From Candidatus Dormiibacterota bacterium (GTDB lineage: Bacteria > Chloroflexota > Dormibacteria > Aeolococcales > Aeolococcaceae): DNA of 64,000 nucleotides. The DNA lies in contig OY970355.1 in the NCBI GenBank assembly GCA_963718525.1, forward strand, positions 3,232,001-3,296,000, read 5' to 3'. The notes below the pieces were generated by a model. It did no database searches, was not told where the DNA came from, and saw only the letters and a program-made list of their open reading frames with translations. Of this stretch, positions 56,828 to 64,000 are shown one piece after another (within the stretch, counting starts at the first letter, position 1; each line of letters begins with the position of its first letter). The position numbers and the translations under genes are program-made.

Positions 56828-58982
56828 GTGAGATCCCGACTGACGATCGTGGCCGTGATCACAGTCGCCGCTCTTGTCGCCGCAGCTGTCCTGTCAGCCG
56901 TCTCCATTCAGACTTCCTATGCCTCGAACCTGAAAACTGAGACATCGAAGCTCGCCGCGACCGCGCAGGTGATTGCAGAGTTGCTCCACCAGGAGATGAC
57001 AGGCGTCGAAGAGGTCGAGCAGGCCACCCTTCGCGAGGTTGACTTCGTGGAGGCGGTGGGTTCGGGCGACCCTCAAGGGAACAACCTACAGGAGATCCAG
57101 ACCGTTCTCGGCGATGTGCAATCACTGCGACCGGAATACCAGTTCGCAGCTCTCGCGAGCACGCCGGGGAACCTGCTCGCGATTGCCCCAGCCAATCCGT
57201 CAATCATCGGCGAGAGTTTTCGATTCCGCGACTGGTACCAGGGCATCGCTCACACCGGCGCAGCATTTGTGTCAACCGGCTATGTGTCGTCTGCGCAGAG
57301 CGCGCCGCTTGTGGTTGCCATCGCAACGCCGATCCGCGCGCCCGCGTTCGATGGGGCGACCGGACCCGAGTCCGGCCCACTGGTCGCCATTCTCTTCATC
57401 GGCTACAGGATCGGCATGTCACCGTTCCCGTGTCGGGAATCCGCTGGACCGTCAGCACCACGGCCCTTGTTGCGGACACGTTCGCAGCGTCGAGTCGCAA
57501 CACCGCCATATTGATCGCCGCCGGTTTGCTGCTGGTGCTCTGCCTCGCGGGGGCCGCAATGATTCTCATGACGCGACGCCTCGAGCGCGCCAATATTGCG
57601 CATGCCGCGCAGACGGCGCAACTGCGCACAGTCCTCGAGGCACTCACCGAGGCGATCCAGGTCTTCGACGCGGACGGCGAACTCGTGATTCGGAATACGG
57701 CCGCTCTACGCACCGTATGAGCTCATCCCGGAGGAACGCTCCACGGCGGCAGTGCTCCCGAAATGGGAGCTCCTCCGCGAGAACGGGACGATCATGTCGG
57801 TGGACGATGGCCCGCTCGCCAAGAGCAGAAACAGCGGTGAACCGTCGAAGGACGTCGTCGTCGGGCTCCGGCGGCGCGCGGACGGACTTGTCAGGTGGCA
57901 GTCCATCAGCACCATGCCGATTCGGGGAACGGGCACGAAGACCATGGGCTACGTGTCGTGCGCCCGAGACATCACGGACGGCATCGAGATGACCCGCTCC
58001 CTTCGCGTGCTCACTCGGGCCGCGCATCAACTGAGCTCTTCCCTCGTACCGGCCGACGTTGGCGCGGCCGTTACCAAGGCGGCGGCCGAATTGACCTCGT
58101 CGCCGGGCAGTGCCCCGCATCGCGCCGCGGTCCTGATGATCGAAGGCACGACGATGACGGTTACGGGAGCAACCGATGCAGCCGGCTCTGCCAGTCCGCC
58201 GCAGGTCATTCCTGTGGCCGAGCATCCGCATGTTCAGGCGGTCATCGCGTCGAGGGAACCTGTGGTCGCCGAGTTTCAGACCGAGAGGTGCGGGCCGATT
58301 GTCGCGGACATGCTGCGGGCTTCGGGCACCACCAACGGCGCGCTCGTGCCGATGCTGAACGACGCCGGCGTGTTCGGGATCATTGCCGTCTCCGGTACCC
58401 GGCACCTCCTGGTGAATCAGCTGCAGGTCGAGCACCTCAAGAAGTCTTGCGACCATCGGTTCCCTGGCATTCGCCAACGCGTCCGCGCACATGCGGGCCG
58501 AAGCGCTGGCACGCACCGACCCACTCACCGGAATCGGCAACCGCCGCGTGCTCGCGGACCGCCTCTCGCAGCTCGGCCGCGAGCGCTTCGCCATCATTGC
58601 CATCGACGTCGACGGCCTGAAGTCGGTCAACGACGTCCATGGTCACGCGGCGGGCGATGCACTGCTCTCCGGCCTCGCGACGGCGATGGTGCAGGAGCTG
58701 CGCCCGTCGGACGTGCTGGTGCGGACCGGCGGCGACGAGTTCGTGGCCGTGCTGGTTGATTGCGACGCGCAGGGCGCAGTCCGGTTCGCGGGCCGGCTGC
58801 AGCGCGCGGTCCGGCAGGTTGCGTTCACGTGGGGGGTGCCGAGCATCAGCATCGGGACGGCGGCCGGTGCGCCCGGAGACTCCCCGACCGACGTTGCGAG
58901 CTCAGCTGATCACGCGCTCTACGTGGCCAAGGAAGCAGCGCATGCGCGTCGCGACCTGGCCGAGAGCGCAACGGTGTCGTGA
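56828..58982 (+). pseudogene. Sensor diguanylate cyclase (TM-Cache-TM-PAS-GAF-GGDEF) split into four frames
   Basis: FRFRDWYQG (Cache), second TM, PAS start LRTVLEALTEAIQVFDADG, GAF-like region, TDPLTGIGNRR...RTGGDEF; breaks near 57420, 57714 and 58443. Confidence 0.75.
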
Positions 58983-59151
58983 GTCAGGATCCAGGCAAGG
59001 TGACCAAGGACGGATTCGGCACGCGGTGGGTGCAGCTGCAGGGCGTGCATCCGGCATTCGCTCAGGCGGTCGCCAACTCCCGCTCGTGGCACGGCATCAT
59101 TACCGCAGGACGCGCGACCAGTTCATCACCGATGCATCTGGAGGAACACCA

Positions 59152-59472
59152 ATGCTCATCAGCACCGCCAACGACCTGCCCGGATACGAGATCACCGAAG
59201 TCCTGGGCGAGGTGTTCGGGCTCACGGTTCGCTCTCGGAACATCGGCTCGCAATTCGGCGCGGGACTCAAGTCGCTCATGGGCGGAGAGCTGAAAGGGAT
59301 GACCCAGAACCTCGCACAGAGCCGCCAGGAGGTCATCGAGCGCATGTGCGCCGAGGCGACCGCCAAGGGCGGCGACTCCATCGTCGCGATGCGGTTCGAC
59401 ACCTCGGAGATGGGTGGGACCTGGACCGAGATCTGCGCCTACGGGACGGCTGTCAAGACCCGAAAGCTCTAA
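59152..59472 (+). CDS. YbjQ/UPF0145 family protein
   Basis: GGAGG RBS; GEVFGLTVRSRN, GGELKG, EICAYGTAV. Confidence 0.92.
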   Translation: MLISTANDLPGYEITEVLGEVFGLTVRSRNIGSQFGAGLKSLMGGELKGMTQNLAQSRQEVIERMCAEATAKGGDSIVAMRFDTSEMGGTWTEICAYGTAVKTRKL

Positions 59473-60641
59473 ACCGCGGCGCCGAATCTTTCGAGCCGGA
59501 ACGGCGACAGATCCGCGTCGCTCGCCCCCGTCGTGACCCGTTGTGCGATCGCCTCGCCGAGGCCGGCCGAATGCTTGAACCCGTGTCCCGAACACGGTGA
59601 TACGAGCAGCACGCCGGGGAGATCCGGGTGGTCGTCGATGACGAAGTTCGCATCCGGCGTGACCGTGTAGAGGCAGCGGGCCGCACGCAGAACGTTCGAC
59701 GAGACGCCCGGGAGGCGCTTGCCGATCAGTGACTCATAGAGTTGACGCGGCTCGTCGGGATCGACTTCGAGCGAAGCGTCGTCAGCACTGGTTGCCCTGT
59801 CGAGCTGTTCGTCGGCGACCTTGATCTCGCGGGTGCCGTCGATCGCGGGGAAACCGTAGAACGCGTTGCCGTCGCTGAGCCCCCAGATGAACACGGGCAT
59901 GGCGCCCGACGTGTGATCGACGGCATCCGGCCTCAGCTCGTACCACTGCAGCACCTGCCGATACACGTTGAACAGCTGCAGCTGCTCCACGGCGACAAAG
60001 TCGCGAACCCACGCCCCCACCGCGAGCACCACCCTGCCGGCGTCGACGTCGCCGCGGTCGGTGCGCACTCGCACGCCGCTCCCCGACGGTTCGACGGCGA
60101 GCACTCTCTCGTCACGGCGGATCTCGGCGCGGTGGCGGCTCGCCACCGACAGCTGCGCGTCGACACAACGCTCTGGACGCACAAACCCGGCGGTCGGCTC
60201 GTAATAGGCGGATTCGTCACCATCCAACCCGAACTGCGGGAACCGGTCGGCAACCTCCGCAGCGCTGAGCCGCTCGTGCTTGATCCCGTATCGATTCGCG
60301 CAGGCGATGGTGCTGGCCAGGAACTCGTGACGGTGGTGTCCGGCGGCCCCACCGCCGGCCGACTCGAGGATCAGCCCACCGCACTGGGTGAGCAGCTTCT
60401 GGCCGGTTTCTGCCTCGAGCTCGCGCCAGATCGCATGCGAGCGCTGGACCAGCGGCGTATACGCCTCGCCCTCGCCGATCGCCTCCCGCGTGATGCGCGT
60501 ATCCCCGTGGGTCGAGCCGTGGATGTGCGGTGGTGAGAATCGATCGATGCCGACCACACGGGCTCCACGCGTCGCCAGTTGATACAGCGTCGCAGCGCCG
60601 GCGGCGCCCAGCCCGATGACTGCCACGTCGTACGTGCTCAC
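59469..60641 (-). CDS. solA: N-methyl-L-tryptophan/monomeric sarcosine oxidase family flavoprotein
   Basis: VIGLGAAG, GSTHGDTRITR, CLYTVTPD, CSGHGFK. Confidence 0.88.
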   Translation of the reverse strand: MSTYDVAVIGLGAAGAATLYQLATRGARVVGIDRFSPPHIHGSTHGDTRITREAIGEGEAYTPLVQRSHAIWRELEAETGQKLLTQCGGLILESAGGGAAGHHRHEFLASTIACANRYGIKHERLSAAEVADRFPQFGLDGDESAYYEPTAGFVRPERCVDAQLSVASRHRAEIRRDERVLAVEPSGSGVRVRTDRGDVDAGRVVLAVGAWVRDFVAVEQLQLFNVYRQVLQWYELRPDAVDHTSGAMPVFIWGLSDGNAFYGFPAIDGTREIKVADEQLDRATSADDASLEVDPDEPRQLYESLIGKRLPGVSSNVLRAARCLYTVTPDANFVIDDHPDLPGVLLVSPCSGHGFKHSAGLGEAIAQRVTTGASDADLSPFRLERFGAAV

Positions 60642-60663
60642 CGCCGCAGCCTACTACCCTGAG

Positions 60664-61296
60664 ATGGTGGGCCAGGAACACTACTTCAGCCCGGATCCGA
60701 AGGTCGCTTCGCGCCCCAGGACGATCCGGGTCGAGCTCCCAGACCAGAGCTTCGAGCTCGACACCGATCGCGGTGTCTTTGCGCACGGTCATCTCGACTC
60801 CGGCACCGAACTCCTGCTGCGGAGCGTGGGGCCGATCCCTTCCGGTGAGATCGCCGATGTCGGCTGCGGATATGGCGCCATCGCCATCGCCCTGGCACTG
60901 CGCAACCCGGATGCCCGGGTATGGGCGGTGGACGTCAACCGCCGCGCTCTCGACCTCTGCGCGCGCAACGCCGACCGTGCGGGCGCACACAATGTCGTCC
61001 CCGCCGAACCGGACGCGGTCCCTGGGGGCGTCAAGTTCGCCGCCGTGTACTCCAACCCGCCGGTGCGGCTCGGCAAGGCGGCGCTCCACGAGCTGCTCCT
61101 CACCTGGATCGGACGGCTCGGGCCGGACGCCATCGCGCACCTGGTGGTCCAGCGGCATCTCGGCGCCGATTCGCTGGCAGCGTGGCTGACCGTCCTCGGT
61201 CATCGCGTCGAACGGGTCAGGTCGAAGGGCGGGTATCGCATCCTCGAGGTGCATGCGGCCGCCGCAACTCCGCATCATGAGCGCCGTGCCCGTTAG
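60664..61296 (+). CDS. Class I SAM methyltransferase, RsmC/MTS family
   Basis: EHYFS, GVFAHGHLDSGT, DVGCGYG, SNPP. Confidence 0.88.
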   Translation: MVGQEHYFSPDPKVASRPRTIRVELPDQSFELDTDRGVFAHGHLDSGTELLLRSVGPIPSGEIADVGCGYGAIAIALALRNPDARVWAVDVNRRALDLCARNADRAGAHNVVPAEPDAVPGGVKFAAVYSNPPVRLGKAALHELLLTWIGRLGPDAIAHLVVQRHLGADSLAAWLTVLGHRVERVRSKGGYRILEVHAAAATPHHERRAR

Positions 61297-62182
61297 CCCC
61301 GGCCCGGTCGGCTTCATCACGATCAATGTCGACCCGGTCCTGAATCTGGGGCCCCTGCCGATCCACTGGTATGGGGTCATGTATGCGGTGGCATTCCTCG
61401 CCGCGTATCAGTTCGGTGTGCTGCCCTACGCGAAGCGCCGTGGCCTCCCGAAGGCGACCGCGGAGAAGATCTGCGTCTGGACGATCATCTTCGGGCTGCT
61501 CGGGGGCCGGCTGTACTACGTCGTCCAGCAGCCCGACCTGTGGCAGAACTTCATCCTCCACCCCATCAACATCATCGCGTTCTGGCAGGGTGGGATGGCC
61601 TTCTTCGGCGCCATCATCGCCGGCTTCATCACCCTCGCGATCTGCGCGTGGCGCTACGGATACAACCCCTGGATCGCGCTCGACGGCGGTGTGATCTTCG
61701 CCGTCGTGGGTCAGCCCATCGGACGCATCGGCAACGTGATCAACGGCGACATCCTGGGTGCGCCGAGCAACCTTCCCTGGGCAACGGCCTACTCGAATCC
61801 ACACGCGATCCTGCAGACCGGGTTCAGCCTCTGCACGCCGGCGCAGTGCATCGCCTATCAGCCCGCGGCGGTGTACGAGGCGCTCGGAACCATCTGCATC
61901 GGGCTCATCCTCTGGGTGCTGCTTCGGCGGAATGTGCGTCCGGGTGTGCTCGCCATCAGCTATGTGGCGCTGTACGCGATCAGCCAGCTCATCCTGTTCG
62001 AGTTCCGCAAGAGCGAACCGCCGGGGCCACTCGGGCTGCGTGAGGCGCAATGGACGTCGATCGTGACGCTGGTGATCGGCGTACCCCTCCTCTACCTCCT
62101 CTGGCGGCGCACCAACTCGCGGTTCGAGAAGCGCTTTCCGGCTGAACCGGCCACCGCCCATGAGCCGGCAACAGCTCGGTGA
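61277..62182 (+). CDS. lgt: Prolipoprotein diacylglyceryl transferase
   Basis: IHWYGVMY, GGRLYYV, WQGGM, IGRIGNVINGD, P...YE. Confidence 0.92.
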   Translation: MSAVPVSPGPVGFITINVDPVLNLGPLPIHWYGVMYAVAFLAAYQFGVLPYAKRRGLPKATAEKICVWTIIFGLLGGRLYYVVQQPDLWQNFILHPINIIAFWQGGMAFFGAIIAGFITLAICAWRYGYNPWIALDGGVIFAVVGQPIGRIGNVINGDILGAPSNLPWATAYSNPHAILQTGFSLCTPAQCIAYQPAAVYEALGTICIGLILWVLLRRNVRPGVLAISYVALYAISQLILFEFRKSEPPGPLGLREAQWTSIVTLVIGVPLLYLLWRRTNSRFEKRFPAEPATAHEPATAR

Positions 62183-62739
62183 CACAGCTTCTTCTCTACA
62201 ACGTCATCGGCTTCATCGAGGTGGCGTTGACGGTCCTGATCATCGCGCGGATCGCGGTGTCATGGATCGGGCTCAGCCCGTGGCACCCGGTGGTCCGCTG
62301 GCTGCGCATCATCGTGGATCCCATCCTCGCGCCCTTCCGGCGCATCCTCCCCACATTCGGCGGCCTCGACTTCTCGCCGATCCTCGCGCTCGTCGTCATC
62401 AACATCGTGGCCCAGATACTGCAGACGCTGGTCCTTGGTGGCGGCGTCAATCCGGGCCAGACAATCGCCCTGCTCATCGAGCAGGTGGTGGTGGATGTCG
62501 CGATTGCGATTGCGATCCTCGTCTTCATCCGCGTTCTGCTCGCGGTGTTCCACGCCGACCCGTGGCATCCATTGGTGCAGATGATCCGGTCGGTGACCAA
62601 TCCGCTCGTGGCTCCCTTCGCTGGCCTGCACCGTCGCGGGGCCACCGCTGCGGTGGACGTCCCGGCGATCGCGGCGCTGGCGATGTACATCGTCGTGATC
62701 ATCGCGATCAAGTTCGTGTTCGGGCTGATCTTCCCGTAG
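62179..62739 (+). CDS. yggT: YggT-family membrane protein (two YGGT repeats)
   Basis: DPILAPFRRILP.FGGLDFSPI plus a second repeat. Confidence 0.88.
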   Translation: MTQLLLYNVIGFIEVALTVLIIARIAVSWIGLSPWHPVVRWLRIIVDPILAPFRRILPTFGGLDFSPILALVVINIVAQILQTLVLGGGVNPGQTIALLIEQVVVDVAIAIAILVFIRVLLAVFHADPWHPLVQMIRSVTNPLVAPFAGLHRRGATAAVDVPAIAALAMYIVVIIAIKFVFGLIFP

Positions 62740-62757
62740 GGCGCAGCAGGCGCGGTG

Positions 62758-64000
62758 TCAGCGCCTCGCGGCTGTGCGCTCGCGTTCCGGAGCGCGGACC
62801 CGGCGCATCTCGATGCGATACGCGTTGTCGCCCACCAGAACCTCCACGGCTCGCTCCAACGCCGGACACGGTTCCACGGCGAAGTCGACGGCGAGGGTGA
62901 TTTCGTCGACGCTCGTCCCCGAATCGACGTGGAGGATCACTGCGCAATCGCCCTGGTGCTCCTCGAGCGCGCGGCGGAGTGCCCCGAGCGTGCCGATCTG
63001 CGACGCGTTGACGCTGATGTGCACGGTGCTGTCCCGCCGCCACGTGGCAAGACGGGGATCGTCATAGGCATACACCGCCTCGGCGAGGATCTGCGGCGGT
63101 TCCAGGTCGACGCGGTCGTCGTCTTCTGTTCCGGGCGTGGAGGTTGCGCCGCTCGCCGTGCGGCCGGCCTCGACCTTGCCTCGCACCACGATGACCGCGT
63201 CCGGCCGCAACGCTGCCACGCACTCCTCGAACACTCGTGCGAACACCACGACCTCGACGCTGCCGGTCAGATCCTCGATCTGCAACGCGGCCATCCGCTG
63301 TCCGGTTGTGCTCCGGCGCGGCACGAAGGTGCGCATGTCGCGGATCGCCCCACCCACCTGCACGATGAGCCCGTCGAGATGCGCGCCGAGCTCGTTGATG
63401 GTGGTGTCGACGCGCTGCTGCAACTCGCCGGCAATCCTGCGCAGCGGGTGGTCGCTCAGGTACATGCCGAGGAACTCGCGCTCCCAGCTCAACCGTTCGT
63501 CCGCCGCTATCGCAAAGGGGCCGCCGACGTCGCGGCCATCGAGATCGTCCGCAGCCTGCGACACCGGCTCGATCAACACGATGGTCTCGCCGAACAGGGA
63601 CGTCTGACCCAACTCACGCTCCCGGCGGATCGTCGCAGCACGGTCGATGACCCGGTCGAGCACCGCCAGCATGGCGCCGCGCTCGCCGAGGGAATCGCAC
63701 GCACCGCTGCGGATCAGCGCCTCCACGACACGGCGGTTGAGGTCGCGGCTCGCCACGCGCAGGCAGAGGTCGAAGAGCGAGACGAACGGACCGGCGGCAT
63801 CCCGTTCAGCCACGATCTCGGCGGCGATGCGCTCGCCGACGTTCTTGATGTGCCGCAGCCCGTAGAGGATCTCGCCCTGCGCCTCATCGCCGAGGCTGAA
63901 CGCCGATGCGCTCCGGTTGACGTCGGGCGGACGGACGACGAGGTTGCGCGCGTGCGCGTCGAGGATCGACTGCTTCAGCTTGTCGAAGTTGTCCGCCCTG
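62758..64000 (-). CDS. dnaE: DNA polymerase III alpha subunit, C-terminal part (start outside window)
   Basis: PPDVNRS, YGLRHIKNVG, EALIRSGACD, WEREFLGMYLSDHPL, OB-fold EDLTGSVEVVVF. Confidence 0.95.
   Translation of the reverse strand, partial: RADNFDKLKQSILDAHARNLVVRPPDVNRSASAFSLGDEAQGEILYGLRHIKNVGERIAAEIVAERDAAGPFVSLFDLCLRVASRDLNRRVVEALIRSGACDSLGERGAMLAVLDRVIDRAATIRRERELGQTSLFGETIVLIEPVSQAADDLDGRDVGGPFAIAADERLSWEREFLGMYLSDHPLRRIAGELQQRVDTTINELGAHLDGLIVQVGGAIRDMRTFVPRRSTTGQRMAALQIEDLTGSVEVVVFARVFEECVAALRPDAVIVVRGKVEAGRTASGATSTPGTEDDDRVDLEPPQILAEAVYAYDDPRLATWRRDSTVHISVNASQIGTLGALRRALEEHQGDCAVILHVDSGTSVDEITLAVDFAVEPCPALERAVEVLVGDNAYRIEMRRVRAPERERTAARR

Noticed and set aside
58979-59293. 104-aa ORF with a GTGA overlap after the GGDEF gene
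   Set aside because: Overlaps ybjQ by about 140 bp out of frame and has no recognisable motif; unsupported

Overview
High-GC bacterial chromosomal window. Gene content and order suggest a Terrabacteria soil lineage such as Chloroflexota/Ca. Dormibacterota; this is inference only. The right part (37-64 kb) is mostly core genes: fabF, the radA-yacL-ispD-ispF-cysS-rlmB-yacP block, polA-mutM-GT4-uvrB, an ECF/ZAS anti-sigma/GH18 operon, tRNA-Leu(CAA), solA, an rsmC-like methyltransferase, lgt, yggT and the 3' part of dnaE. The left part (1-36.5 kb) is accessory and is partitioned by three co-oriented tRNA-Thr sequences: Thr-GGT at 16.3 kb, a 46-bp degenerate 3'-half copy at 23.0 kb and Thr-TGT at 36.5 kb. 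The most interesting object is the ~13.5-kb integrase-less island between the att-like remnant and tRNA-Thr(TGT). It holds two paralogous ECF sigma/anti-sigma cassettes, a probable decayed third one, and stand-alone membrane-anchored or lipoprotein copies of the same extracellular domains (BNR/YCF48-like propellers and an uncharacterised Cys-containing domain). This looks like a modular ectodomain-swapping sensor array. Other notable items: tandem secreted Kelch-propeller/Ig paralogs, a WYL regulator with a DriD-like operator facing a small leaderless ORF, a degenerate GGDEF protein, and five +1 frameshifts that look like sequencing artefacts. No CRISPR array, rRNA, transposase or integrase was found. 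All family assignments come from motif recognition by eye; no database search was run.
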